DNA from: an uncultured Methylococcaceae bacterium
GTDB lineage: Bacteria > Pseudomonadota > Gammaproteobacteria > Methylococcales > Methylomonadaceae
Length of the DNA stretch: 64,000 nucleotides
Assembly: GCA_903934035.1 (NCBI GenBank)
Contig: CAIZMK010000056.1
Span: forward strand, 3,039 to 67,038
Reading direction: 5' to 3'
Shown: one piece after another, positions 9,390 through 19,876 of the stretch
How the letters are laid out: each line of letters begins with the position of its first letter
Position numbering within the stretch: position 1 is the stretch's first letter
Notes under the pieces: model-generated
Told to the model about the DNA's origin: nothing
The model's database searches: none
Seen by the model: only the letters and a program-made list of their open reading frames with translations
Program-made: the position numbers and the translations under genes

Positions 9390-10820
9390 ATGGATACGAA
9401 AACTTTAAAAAAATATTTTAACGAAATGTATGCGGACAATGGCGCCGTTAGGGACATTTACGAACGCTACGGGAACTGGTTAAAAGACCTACCTGATGGC
9501 ACTTTAGAGCGCAGGAATGCAGAAGCGGAATTATTATTTCGTCGGCTAGGCATTACTTTTGCCGTTTACGGTGAAGATGCAGGTGAAGCAGAGCGATTAA
9601 TTCCATTTGATATAGTCCCTAGGATTTTCGGTGCCTCAGAATGGCAACGCTTGGAGCTAGGACTTAAGCAACGTGTGCGAGCACTTAATGCCTTTTTACA
9701 TGATATTTATCATGATCAAGAAATCATCAAAGCCGGCATCATTACTGAGCAACAAGTACTGAACAATGCTCAATATAGACCTGAGATGAAAGGCGTCAAT
9801 TTACCTAATCAAGTTTATGCCCATATTGCTGGAATTGATTTAGTACGGATTGCTGAAAATGATTTTTATGTTTTAGAAGACAATCTCCGCACTCCTTCTG
9901 GAGTTTCGTACATGCTTGAAAACCGCAAAACCATGATGCGGTTATTTCCGGAACTATTTGTCAAACACGCCGTTGAGCCAGTCGAGCATTATCCACAAAT
10001 GCTACTCAACACGCTTCGAGAAGCTGCGCCGCCGAATGTTGCTTATCCCGTTATTGTGGTAATGACACCGGGCTCTTATAACAGTGCTTATTTTGAACAT
10101 GCTTATTTAGCCAGCCAAATGGGCGTGGAACTCGTCGAAGGTCAGGACTTGTTTGTACATCAACAAAAAGTCTACATGCACACCACCGAAGGCCCTCAAC
10201 AAGTCCATGTTATTTACCGTCGGGTCGATGATGACTTTATTGACCCTCGTGTATTTCGTCCAGACTCAACACTCGGCGTACCTGGATTAATGGAAGCTTA
10301 CTGTAGTGGCAATGTAGCCTTAGCAAATGGCGTAGGTACCGGTGTTGCTGACGATAAATCTACTTATTTATTCGTACCGGAAATGATTCGCTTCTATCTA
10401 GGCGAAGCGCCGATATTATCCAATGTCCCCACTTGGCGCTTAAGTGAATCTGAAGACTTAAGTTATGTACTCGCACACTTACCAGAACTGGTTGTTAAAG
10501 AAGTACAAGGTTCTGGAGGCTATGGTATGTTAGTAGGACCAACCAGCTCTAAAGCTGAAATAGAGGCCTACAGACTTCGTATTCTGGCAGAGCCCGCTAA
10601 ATTTATTGCCCAGCCAACCTTAGCCTTATCTTCCTGTCCAACTCTCGTTGAATCAGGCGTTGCACCACGTCATGTCGACTTAAGACCTTTTGTCTTATCT
10701 GGCAAAGACGTTCGCATCGTACCAGGTGGATTAACACGAGTGGCACTTACAGAAGGCTCATTAGTGGTTAATTCCTCACAGGGCGGCGGCACGAAAGACA
10801 CTTGGGTATTGGAGGATTAG
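9390..10820 (+). CDS. Circularly permuted type 2 ATP-grasp protein (DUF404/407)
   Basis: GITFAVYG, IPFDIVPR, VLEDNLRTPSGVSY, YFEHAYLA, IYRRVDDDFIDP, VDLRPF, VNSSQGGGTKDTWV. Confidence 0.93.
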   Translation: MDTKTLKKYFNEMYADNGAVRDIYERYGNWLKDLPDGTLERRNAEAELLFRRLGITFAVYGEDAGEAERLIPFDIVPRIFGASEWQRLELGLKQRVRALNAFLHDIYHDQEIIKAGIITEQQVLNNAQYRPEMKGVNLPNQVYAHIAGIDLVRIAENDFYVLEDNLRTPSGVSYMLENRKTMMRLFPELFVKHAVEPVEHYPQMLLNTLREAAPPNVAYPVIVVMTPGSYNSAYFEHAYLASQMGVELVEGQDLFVHQQKVYMHTTEGPQQVHVIYRRVDDDFIDPRVFRPDSTLGVPGLMEAYCSGNVALANGVGTGVADDKSTYLFVPEMIRFYLGEAPILSNVPTWRLSESEDLSYVLAHLPELVVKEVQGSGGYGMLVGPTSSKAEIEAYRLRILAEPAKFIAQPTLALSSCPTLVESGVAPRHVDLRPFVLSGKDVRIVPGGLTRVALTEGSLVVNSSQGGGTKDTWVLED

Positions 10821-10821
10821 T

Positions 10822-11793
10822 ATGTTATCTCGCACCGCTGAAAATTTATTTTGGATGGCTCGCCATATCGAACGCGCAGAAAATACCGCACGCGTACTTG
10901 ATGTTGCACATCGAACCTCTTTATTACCACTTGATATAGAAGGTACTCAAGCCTATTTGTGGTACGCACCCCTCAATATAACTGGGTGTGCTGATAGTTA
11001 CGAAGTCAAATATGGCTTAGCAAGAGCTGATGCAGTGAGTCATTATATGGCTTTAGATCCAGACAACCCCACCAGCATCTATAATTGCCTTAAACTTGCC
11101 CGAGAAAATGCTAGAACAGTACGCGGCGCTATTACTACAGAAATGTGGGAAGTTATTAATGATACTTGGCTAGAGCTTAATCGCTTACCCAAGCAAATGG
11201 ACTATGAAAATTTTCGTGATTTTTTCGATTGGGTGAAGAATCGTTCACATTTATTTCGCGGAGTCACCTTAGGTACTATCATCAAAGATATCGGGCTAAG
11301 TTTTATCAAACTAGGCACATTTCTTGAGCGTGCTGACAATACTGCACGCATATTAGATGTCAAATATCATATATTACTACCCAGCCTTGATCATATCGGC
11401 GGTGCCGCTGATTATTATCAATGGGGATCTTTACTTAAGTCTGTCAGTGCTTTTGAAGCTTACCAAAAAACTTATCGTGATGTTATTTCGCCTCAACGCG
11501 TCAGTGAACTACTGATTTTTAGAGACGACATGCCTCGCTCTCTACATGCCTGCATGGATGAAGTGGAAAGCGCCTTAATAGCTATTAATGGGCACTCAGG
11601 AAAAGAAGCGAGGCGATTGGCCGGTGAACAACACGCCGCCCTGCATTTTGGCCTTACTCAAGATGCCTTTAGCGACGGCTTACATGAATTTCTTACTGAC
11701 TTCTTAAAAAATACCGCCCTATTAAGTCGAGAAATTCGTGAGGCTTATTTATCACGTCAAGAAACAGCATTGATTCGACAACTAACCACTTAA
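10822..11793 (+). CDS. Alpha-E domain protein (DUF403)
   Basis: MLSRTAENLFWMARHIERAENTAR and a second LERADNTARILDVK (ER motifs); 1 bp after the upstream stop. Confidence 0.92.
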   Translation: MLSRTAENLFWMARHIERAENTARVLDVAHRTSLLPLDIEGTQAYLWYAPLNITGCADSYEVKYGLARADAVSHYMALDPDNPTSIYNCLKLARENARTVRGAITTEMWEVINDTWLELNRLPKQMDYENFRDFFDWVKNRSHLFRGVTLGTIIKDIGLSFIKLGTFLERADNTARILDVKYHILLPSLDHIGGAADYYQWGSLLKSVSAFEAYQKTYRDVISPQRVSELLIFRDDMPRSLHACMDEVESALIAINGHSGKEARRLAGEQHAALHFGLTQDAFSDGLHEFLTDFLKNTALLSREIREAYLSRQETALIRQLTT

Positions 11794-11901
11794 TCGTAAG
11801 ATGACTTTTTAATCCTTAAAAGCATCTGTACTTCGACTATTTAATACTAGATAAATCCTTTATTTAAAGCTGAATAACATCAGGCCATTGGAAGAAAAAT
11901 T

Positions 11902-14900
11902 ATGACCATACGCGTTGCTATACGTCACAAAACAATCTACCGGTTTGATAGACCCGTATCATTATCACCTCATGTCTTTAGATTACGTCCGGCTGTCCAT
12001 AGTCGCACCCCAATCAAAGCTTATGCCTTGCGTATTGAACCGAAAAACCATTTCATTAATTGGCAACAAGACCCGTTTGGCAATATTGTTGCCCGCGTGG
12101 TATTTCCTGACAAATGTCAAAAACTCAGTGTTGAAGTTGAAGTTATCGCTGACATGACCGTCATTAACCCTTTCGACTTTTTTGTTGAAGCGTATGCCGA
12201 AAACTATCCTTTTAATTACGACGAACAGACATTTAAAGAACTACAACCTTATTTAGAAATTACTGAAGATGGTCCATTATTAAAGGAATGGATCAAAAAA
12301 TTAGATACCAGCAAGCGCTCCATCAATGACTTTATTGTCGATATTAATCGCCAAATTTTTGCCGCTATTGGCTATAACATTCGAATGGAAGTCGGCATAC
12401 AAAGTTGTGAAGAATCCTTATCTAAATTAACCGGTTCTTGCCGAGATTCTGCTTGGCTGTTAGTACAAGTACTCCGCCATCTTGGACTCGCGGCTCGTTT
12501 TGTATCGGGCTATTTGGTGCAACTCACTTCTGATATAAAATCACTCGATGGACCCTCAGGCCCTGAACAAGACTTTACCGACTTACATGCTTGGACAGAA
12601 GTCTATATCCCTGGAGCAGGCTGGATAGGCTTAGATCCTACTTCTGGATTATTAACCGGTGAAGGACATATTCCCTTAGCCTGCACTCCCGACCCTGCAA
12701 GTGCCTCACCGGTAACGGGTGGTACTGATAAATGCAAAGTGGAGTTTGAATTTTCCAATACTGTCGATCGTTTACATGAAGACCCTAGAGTTACTAAACC
12801 TTATACCGATGAACAGTGGTATCACATTGATGCTCTGGGAAAACTCGTAGACCAACGTTTACTTGAAGATGATGTTCGACTTACGATGGGCGGTGAACCG
12901 ACCTTTGTTTCTGTTGATGATATGGAAGGTGATCAATGGAATACCCAAGCCGATGGCGCCAAGAAACGTGAACTCGCTCAACAATTAACACTACGTTTAC
13001 GAGATGCTTTTGCCAAAGGTGCGATGCTGCATTATGGCCAAGGCAAATGGTATCCTGGCGAACCCTTACCTCGTTGGCAATATGGTATCTTTTGGCGTAA
13101 AGACGGTACTGCACTTTGGCGCAATCCAGAATTGCTTGCTGACATTAATAAAGATTATGGGTACACCGTCAAACACGCACAAAAATTTATACAACAAATC
13201 AGTCAACATTTAGATATTCCTACTCGTTATATCAAAGCAACCTTTGAAGATAGTTTTTATTATCTATGGCAAGAAGGCACTTTGCCCGAAAACATTGATC
13301 CATTAACATGCAATTTAAAAGATCCCATCGAACGCAAAACTTTAACAAAATTATTAGATGCTGGATTAAATCAACCTGCCGGTTTTGTTCTTCCTATTAA
13401 ATGGAACTGGCTAAACCAATGTTGGAAAAGTGGCCCATGGGATTTCCGTCGTGGTGCTTTATATTTAATCCCCGGCAATTCACCAATCGGTATGCGCTTA
13501 CCCTTAGCCAGCCTGCCTTGGGTTGCACCTGATAAACGCGATTCATCAGAGCCTCAAAGCCTCTTTGAAGATTTACCTGAGCTAGAAGATTACTATGGTG
13601 AAGTAACAAGACGCTATAGCCAGTTGATTACCAAAACCAAAGAACATCCAGAAATTATCGAACAAGAAACTGGAGATACCGTCGCGCAAGAAGTAGAAGT
13701 GCCGCATACCGCCTTGTGCGTAGAAGCCCGAGAAGGTCGATTGCACATCTTTATGCCACCCTTAACAACACTAGAACATTATCTTGAACTCATTGCAGCG
13801 ATTGAAGCGACCGCAGCAAACCTAGCTATGCCTGTGGTAATAGAAGGTTATGAGCCTCCTCGTGATTATCGTGTCGAACGCTTAATGGTAACGCCAGATC
13901 CAGGCGTTATTGAAGTGAATATACATCCGTCTAAAACATGGGAAGAGTTAGTTGATAAAACCACGTTACTTTATGATCTAGCTCACAAAACTAGACTCGG
14001 TACCGAAAAGTTTATGCAAGATGGTCGCCATACCGGAACAGGCGGAGGCAACCACATCACTATGGGCGCAGAAATGCCCACAGACAGCCCTCTATTACGT
14101 CGCCCGGACTTATTGCGCAGCTTAATTACTTATTGGCAACATCACCCGGGCCTATCTTATTTATTTTCGGGTATGTTTATAGGCCCCACCAGCCAAGCGC
14201 CGCGTGTTGATGAAGGTCGTGATGAAAAGCTCTATGAACTTGAAATTGCCTTTCAACAAATGCCTGAAGGTGAAACGCCAGCTCCTTGGTTAGTCGATAG
14301 ATTATTAAGACATTTATTAACCGACATTACTGGCAATACTCATCGCTCTGAATTTTGTATTGATAAGCTTTATTCTCCAGATAGCTCTACAGGGAGATTA
14401 GGCATACTCGAACTGCGTTCTTTTGAAATGCCTCCTCATGCCCAAATGTCTTTAGTGCAAACGGTATTATTACGCTCGTTGATTGCTTGGTTTTGGCGTG
14501 AACCTTATAAACATGATCTAGTTCGCTGGGGAACAGAGCTACATGATCAATTTATGTTGCCGCATTATGTTCGCGAAGACATGAAACAAGTCACTCAAGA
14601 TTTACAAAGAGCTGGCTTCGGCTTTGATATGGAATGGTTAGATCCATTTTTTGAATTCCGCTTTCCTCGTTATGGCAATACCCTAGTCGACGGCATTGAC
14701 ATGGAATTACGTTTCGCCATTGAACCCTGGCATGTACTGGGTGAAGAAATGAGTAGTACCGGCACCGCTCGCTATGTGGACTCTTCGGTAGAGCGAGTAC
14801 AAGTATTAGTGACTGGATTTAATCATGCACGTTATGTCATTTCTTGTAATGGCAGACGTTTGCCTATGCGCAAAACGGCACATCACGGTGTGTTTGTTGC

Positions 14901-15300
14901 TGGCGTTCGATATCGTGCTTGGCAGCCGCCTTCTGCATTGCATCCTACTATCGCTCCTCATGTACCCCTAGTATTTGATGTTATCGATACTTGGAATGGT
15001 CGCTCTGTAGGTGGCTGCACTTATTATGTAGCTCATCCTGGCGGACGTAGCTATGACGATTTCCCCGTCAATGATTATGCTGCGGAAACACGACGTATGA
15101 CTCGATTTTGGGATTATAATCATACACCTGGCGTTATTATTCGGCCTCCATTGGCAAGCACTGAGATTCCTGCTTCTGAGCAAGCTTTACTGGCAACCTT
15201 TAGTGTGACTAAAGAAGCCCCAAGAGCTATGTCGCCACCCGCTGAAGAGTTAAGTACTGAATATCCATTTACACTAGACTTAAGACATCGCAGTCATTAA
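11902..15300 (+). CDS. Transglutaminase-like domain fused to DUF2126 putative amidoligase
   Basis: GSCRDSAWL / DLHAWTEVY / GLDPT (Cys-His-Asp triad), then MGGEPTFVS, GVIEVNIHP, GTGGGNHIT, LELRSFEMPP. Confidence 0.92.
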   Translation: MTIRVAIRHKTIYRFDRPVSLSPHVFRLRPAVHSRTPIKAYALRIEPKNHFINWQQDPFGNIVARVVFPDKCQKLSVEVEVIADMTVINPFDFFVEAYAENYPFNYDEQTFKELQPYLEITEDGPLLKEWIKKLDTSKRSINDFIVDINRQIFAAIGYNIRMEVGIQSCEESLSKLTGSCRDSAWLLVQVLRHLGLAARFVSGYLVQLTSDIKSLDGPSGPEQDFTDLHAWTEVYIPGAGWIGLDPTSGLLTGEGHIPLACTPDPASASPVTGGTDKCKVEFEFSNTVDRLHEDPRVTKPYTDEQWYHIDALGKLVDQRLLEDDVRLTMGGEPTFVSVDDMEGDQWNTQADGAKKRELAQQLTLRLRDAFAKGAMLHYGQGKWYPGEPLPRWQYGIFWRKDGTALWRNPELLADINKDYGYTVKHAQKFIQQISQHLDIPTRYIKATFEDSFYYLWQEGTLPENIDPLTCNLKDPIERKTLTKLLDAGLNQPAGFVLPIKWNWLNQCWKSGPWDFRRGALYLIPGNSPIGMRLPLASLPWVAPDKRDSSEPQSLFEDLPELEDYYGEVTRRYSQLITKTKEHPEIIEQETGDTVAQEVEVPHTALCVEAREGRLHIFMPPLTTLEHYLELIAAIEATAANLAMPVVIEGYEPPRDYRVERLMVTPDPGVIEVNIHPSKTWEELVDKTTLLYDLAHKTRLGTEKFMQDGRHTGTGGGNHITMGAEMPTDSPLLRRPDLLRSLITYWQHHPGLSYLFSGMFIGPTSQAPRVDEGRDEKLYELEIAFQQMPEGETPAPWLVDRLLRHLLTDITGNTHRSEFCIDKLYSPDSSTGRLGILELRSFEMPPHAQMSLVQTVLLRSLIAWFWREPYKHDLVRWGTELHDQFMLPHYVREDMKQVTQDLQRAGFGFDMEWLDPFFEFRFPRYGNTLVDGIDMELRFAIEPWHVLGEEMSSTGTARYVDSSVERVQVLVTGFNHARYVISCNGRRLPMRKTAHHGVFVAGVRYRAWQPPSALHPTIAPHVPLVFDVIDTWNGRSVGGCTYYVAHPGGRSYDDFPVNDYAAETRRMTRFWDYNHTPGVIIRPPLASTEIPASEQALLATFSVTKEAPRAMSPPAEELSTEYPFTLDLRHRSH

Positions 15301-15346
15301 TTAATTGAGCTTACAGAGACATTATGCCTATCTCTACGCTAAAATA

Positions 15347-15363
15347 AGCACTGATTTAGTGCA
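15347..15363. promoter_or_regulatory. NtrC-like palindrome upstream of citrate synthase
   Basis: AGCACTGATTTAGTGCA (GCAC-N7-GTGC); no correctly spaced sigma54 promoter found between it and the ATG. Confidence 0.45.
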
Positions 15364-15480
15364 TTTTTTACATCTGAGAGCGATACAATAGGCTCTGATG
15401 AATCAAATAGACTGATAAACATGGCGTAAGCTGCATAACTTAAAAGAGAATACAACTTATAACTCCGGAGATTTATAACA

Positions 15481-16785
15481 ATGACCGATAAATTAAAACT
15501 CCTGACGCCAGCGACATTAATACTGGACGACAAAAGTTATTCATTACCTACTTACATGGGTGTTGAAGGTGAAAAAGCCATTGATATTACTAAGCTACGT
15601 AGCCAAACCGGCTATGTAACATTAGATGATGGTTATGGCAACACAGGGGCCTGTGAAAGTGCTATCACTTATATTGATGGTGAAAAAGGCATACTTCGTT
15701 ATCGAGGCTATCCTATAGAAGAATTGGCAGCACACTCTCGATTTGTTGAAGTTTCCTATTTATTACTCTATGGCGAATTACCCAACAGCGAACAATTACT
15801 GAAATTTTCTACTCGTCTCAATGAATCCTCGATTATTCATGAGGATGTACATCATTTTTTTAATGGCTTCCCTCGCGGCTCTCACCCTATGGGTATACTT
15901 GCGACCATGGTTGCGTCACTGTCTACTTTTTATCCTTTGCCCGACCGACTAGATGCCGAAACCGAAGTTCAAATTGTTGCTAACTTAGTCTCTCAAGTGC
16001 GCACGATTGCTGCTTTTTCTTACAAGAAATCGATCGGTGAACCTTTGGTCTACCCTTCAATTAAATATAAATACACTGGCAACTTCTTAAACATGATGTT
16101 TTCCTCGCCAGTACGTGATTATCAACTCGACCCTGATATTGTCCGAGCGATTGATATGTTGTTGATACTCCATGCCGATCACGAACAAAACTGCAGTACG
16201 TCATCCGTACGTACAGCGGGGTCTAGTATGGCCAACGTCTATGCTGTTATTACTGCCGGTATCGCTGCACTTTGGGGACCACGTCATGGCGGTGCCAATC
16301 AAGAAGTGATCAAAATGCTGGAACAAATCCATGCTGAAGGTGGTGATGGTACTGAGTTTATTAATCAAGCTAAAGATAAAAACTCTGGACGTAGATTGAT
16401 GGGCTTTGGCCATCGCGTCTACAAAAACTTTGATCCTCGCGCACAAGTCTTAAAAGAGCATTGCGATAAATTACTTAATAAACCAGGCATTAATGATCCG
16501 CTGCTAGATATTGCAAGGCGTCTCGAAGAAATTGCCCTCAAAGATGATTATTTCATATCTCGCAAGCTATATCCCAACGTAGACTTCTACTCTGGATTAA
16601 TACTGCGTGCAGCGGGCATCCCCACCAATATGTTTACAGTATTATTTGCTATTGGCCGAATGCCAGGCTGGTTAGCCCATTGGCGAGAAATGATTCATGG
16701 TGAACAAGTGACTATTTACCGACCACGCCAGATTTATGTCGGTGAAACATTACGTCATTATCAAGATATTAAAGAACGCGTATAA
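15481..16785 (+). CDS. gltA: Citrate synthase (type II-like)
   Basis: GILRYRGYPIEEL, LHADHEQNCSTS, WGPRHGGANQEV, LMGFGHRVYKNFDPRA, YPNVDFYSG. Confidence 0.97.
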   Translation: MTDKLKLLTPATLILDDKSYSLPTYMGVEGEKAIDITKLRSQTGYVTLDDGYGNTGACESAITYIDGEKGILRYRGYPIEELAAHSRFVEVSYLLLYGELPNSEQLLKFSTRLNESSIIHEDVHHFFNGFPRGSHPMGILATMVASLSTFYPLPDRLDAETEVQIVANLVSQVRTIAAFSYKKSIGEPLVYPSIKYKYTGNFLNMMFSSPVRDYQLDPDIVRAIDMLLILHADHEQNCSTSSVRTAGSSMANVYAVITAGIAALWGPRHGGANQEVIKMLEQIHAEGGDGTEFINQAKDKNSGRRLMGFGHRVYKNFDPRAQVLKEHCDKLLNKPGINDPLLDIARRLEEIALKDDYFISRKLYPNVDFYSGLILRAAGIPTNMFTVLFAIGRMPGWLAHWREMIHGEQVTIYRPRQIYVGETLRHYQDIKERV

Positions 16786-16832
16786 GTCCAACTACTCAAA
16801 GTCAAGTTACGTTGGTCGGGTTACGCTATCGA

Positions 16833-17207
16833 AACTGTGAAAGTATTATGATTTTAGCTTCCCCCTTTGTAAACATAGGTATCTACACAAATAATGGTTA
16901 GCCTTCCCACGCAAGAACGATAACATTGTGGTGAAGATCGTAGGGGCGTATTGCATACGCCCTTATAAAATAAGCCCTATAAAATGGGACTTTCAATTAA
17001 TGGGCGTATGCAATACGCCCCTACGGTGTTTTTTATCGTTTCCACGCTGATAAGAAACTTGTGTAGATACCTATGCTTTGTAAAAGGGGGATCTTGGGGG
17101 TTTTTTGTTTTATAGATTACTGACATTTAATGATCATTTTTAATAGATCAAATCTCCCCTAACCCCTCTTTGCTAAAGAGGGGAATAAGAAAACTACTTT
17201 CACAGTT
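16833..17207. mobile_element. MITE family C copy (TIR AACTGTGAAAGTA), interrupted by an IS50-like MITE
   Basis: TIRs at 16833-16845 and 17195-17207; the body matches the reverse complement of 23411-23579 once the insert is removed; contains CCCCTCTTTGCTAAAGAGGGG and CCCCCTTT..AAAGGGGG palindromes. Confidence 0.8.
16874..17075. mobile_element. 202-bp MITE with IS50/Tn5-like ends and 9-bp target-site duplication, carrying a REPIN
   Basis: Ends CATAGGTATCTACACAAAT / CATAGGTATCTACACAAGT (inverted); CTTTGTAAA duplicated at 16865-16873 and 17076-17084; internal GTAGGGGCGTATTGCATACGCCC inverted pair at about 16940-17024. Confidence 0.85.
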
Positions 17208-17209
17208 GC

Positions 17210-17243
17210 GTAGGTCGGGTTAGCTATCGCTAACCCGACCTAC
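17210..17243. repeat. GTAG-type REP, perfect 15-bp stem
   Basis: GTAGGTCGGGTTAGC-tatc-GCTAACCCGACCTAC. Confidence 0.85.
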
Positions 17244-17299
17244 GTAAAAAAGCCACAAAGCATTTACTTGACCCACATTACTGATAATGAGAACAACGA

Positions 17300-19876
17300 G
17301 TGCCTAATAACATCCCATTCCCAGATCATCAACTAGGTAGACAATATTACGCAACGCAATTGGGCAACCATGATGATATGTATGCTGCTGAGAATAAAGC
17401 GCTGCCTTATTGGCAGCGTCTTATGACAGCATTTGACACCATGGGCACTGAACAACTGGAAATGCGGCGCAGAGAAGCTCAACGCTTATTGCGTGAAAAT
17501 GGCGTTACCTACAACGTTTATGGTGATGACCAAAATCTAACTCGGCCTTGGAAACTGGATCCTGTTCCTTTAGTAATTAACAGTGACGAATGGACCGTTA
17601 TCGAAGCTGGGCTAAAGCAGCGCGCCGAGCTTCTGGACTTAATTCTTAAAGATATTTACGGCAAACAAACGCTATTAAAGAAAGGCTTATTACCAGCTGA
17701 GCTTATATTTGGCCATGAAGGCTTTTTGCATCCTTGTGTGGGTACACTTCAACATCAAAAACGACTATTAACTCTCTATTCAGCCAATCTTGCTCGCGGC
17801 CCTAATGGGCGTATGTGGGTTTTAGATGATCGTACTCAAGCACCTTCTGGCTCTGGTTATGCCTTAGAAAATCGTACTGTTATGCGGCGCGTATTTCCTG
17901 ACATTTTTCGTGAAACTCATGTCCTACGTTTATCGGGCTTTTTTAAATCATTTCGTAGGGGCTTGGTTGAAATTGCGCCTCATGGCAAAGAAGACCCTCG
18001 CATCGTTATACTCACGCCAGGACCACTCAACGAAACTTATTTTGAACACGCCTACCTTGCCGCTCAATTAGGCTTTACTTTGGTTCAAGGCGGCGATTTA
18101 ACGGTACGTGATGGCAAGGTCTGGCTAAAATCATTGGCCGGACTACAAATAGTCGATGTTATTTTACGTAGAGTAGATGATTCATTTTGCGATCCACTCG
18201 AATTGCGCAGTAGCTCACAACTCGGTGTAGCGGGTTTATTGGAAGCGGTAAGACGCGGTAATGTTGCCATCGCAAATCCTTTGGGTAGTAGTATTTTAGA
18301 AAACCCCGGTCTCTTAGCCTTTTTACCTCGCTTATCACGTTATTTTTTAGATGAAGATCTAAAGTTATCCTCAGTAGCAACTTGGTGGTGTGGGCAACGC
18401 CGCGAACGTGATTTTGTTCTACAAAATATAGATAATTTAGTCATTAAACCTATCAATCGTAGCCTAGGTAATCATGCGGTATTTGGTGGCTTATTAAGCC
18501 ATGAAGAAAAAGAACAGTTGCGTCGCCAAATTATCGCTAAACCCTATAGCTTTATCGGCCAAGAACAGGCTAGTTTCTCCACCCTACCCGCCTTTATCGA
18601 TCTTCAAATTGAACCCAGAAACTCCGTCTTACGCAATTTTGTTGTTGCTAGTAACAATGATTATGTCGTAATGCCTGGCGGCCTGACACGGGTTGCTCGC
18701 CAAAAAGACAATTTTGTCGTATCCAATCAAGCAGGCGGCATCAGTAAAGATACTTGGGTATTAGCCACAGAACCTGATAAGCCAGTCAGTTTATGGATAC
18801 AACCTCGACGTAACCAATTAATTGATGCCATCACCGAGCCATTAACCAGTCGCTCAGCAGATAATTTATTTTGGGTAGGCAGGCATCTTGAACGCATAGA
18901 AGCAACAACTCGATTATTACGTACTATACTCATCAAACAACGTGAATCATTAGAGTTTAGAGATCCTCTTGATAATGAATGTCTCAATGTATTCTTGAGA
19001 GCAATCACCCTAGTAACAGGGACTTACCCAGGCTTTATTAAAGATGGCGATGAACGCCTAAAAGCACCCAATGAAGAATTGCTGTCCCTAATTAAAGACA
19101 GTCATCGCAAAGGCTCTTTGTCGTCGAGTATATCCGCGTTTGTGCAAGCAGCCTTTAGCAGTCGTGACTTATGGTCACAAGATACTTGGCGCAGTGTTGA
19201 CAATATTCAACGGCGCTGGCAACAACGTATTACTCATAATCAAAATCTTAGCCTCGAACAATTACCACTGACACTGAATGATTTAATAACCGGCTTAGTC
19301 GCCTTTAGTGGTTTAACCAGTGAAAGCATGACCCGTGAAGCCGCTTGGTTAATGCTTGATAGTGGGCGCAGACTTGAACGCGCCTTAACATTAATTGCTT
19401 TACTACGCTCAACCGTTGTTTTACGTAACGAAGAAGCCTTACAAAATCAAATATTAGAAGCAGTATTAGTCACTACCGACAGTTTAACGATTTATCAGCG
19501 TCGCTATCGCTCCTTCATTCAATTACCCATGGTGATTGCCTTGCTGCTGCTTGATGAAGCTCATCCTCGTTCAGTCGCTTATCAACTGCATCAATTATCA
19601 AACCATATTAATGAATTGCCACGAACAACCGGAAAGAGTCAGTTGAGTGAAGAGAGTCGCTTACTGCTCAAAGCCTACACGGATTTACGTCTATGTAATA
19701 TCGCTGAATTATCACAACTTAATGAGAATGAAGGCATTTACACAGCATTAGATGAACTACTTGCCAATACAACAACTTTATTATGGCGCTTTGCCGATGT
19801 GCTTGCAGAGGCCTATTTTAGTCATGCTCAAAGCTCTCAATTAATGGTTCCGAATACCTCTGAGGATGAAATGTGA
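17300..19876 (+). CDS. Second circularly permuted ATP-grasp ligase fused to an alpha-E domain
   Basis: NGVTYNVYG, WKLDPVP, VLDDRTQAPSGSGY, YFEHAYLA, ILRRVDD, GGISKDTWV, then SRSADNLFWVGRHLERIE and GRRLERA; GTG start. Confidence 0.92.
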   Translation: MPNNIPFPDHQLGRQYYATQLGNHDDMYAAENKALPYWQRLMTAFDTMGTEQLEMRRREAQRLLRENGVTYNVYGDDQNLTRPWKLDPVPLVINSDEWTVIEAGLKQRAELLDLILKDIYGKQTLLKKGLLPAELIFGHEGFLHPCVGTLQHQKRLLTLYSANLARGPNGRMWVLDDRTQAPSGSGYALENRTVMRRVFPDIFRETHVLRLSGFFKSFRRGLVEIAPHGKEDPRIVILTPGPLNETYFEHAYLAAQLGFTLVQGGDLTVRDGKVWLKSLAGLQIVDVILRRVDDSFCDPLELRSSSQLGVAGLLEAVRRGNVAIANPLGSSILENPGLLAFLPRLSRYFLDEDLKLSSVATWWCGQRRERDFVLQNIDNLVIKPINRSLGNHAVFGGLLSHEEKEQLRRQIIAKPYSFIGQEQASFSTLPAFIDLQIEPRNSVLRNFVVASNNDYVVMPGGLTRVARQKDNFVVSNQAGGISKDTWVLATEPDKPVSLWIQPRRNQLIDAITEPLTSRSADNLFWVGRHLERIEATTRLLRTILIKQRESLEFRDPLDNECLNVFLRAITLVTGTYPGFIKDGDERLKAPNEELLSLIKDSHRKGSLSSSISAFVQAAFSSRDLWSQDTWRSVDNIQRRWQQRITHNQNLSLEQLPLTLNDLITGLVAFSGLTSESMTREAAWLMLDSGRRLERALTLIALLRSTVVLRNEEALQNQILEAVLVTTDSLTIYQRRYRSFIQLPMVIALLLLDEAHPRSVAYQLHQLSNHINELPRTTGKSQLSEESRLLLKAYTDLRLCNIAELSQLNENEGIYTALDELLANTTTLLWRFADVLAEAYFSHAQSSQLMVPNTSEDEM

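Noticed and set aside
15422-15435. TGGCGTAAGCTGCA as a sigma54 promoter for gltA
   Set aside because: GG-to-GC spacing is 8 nt, not the obligatory 10.
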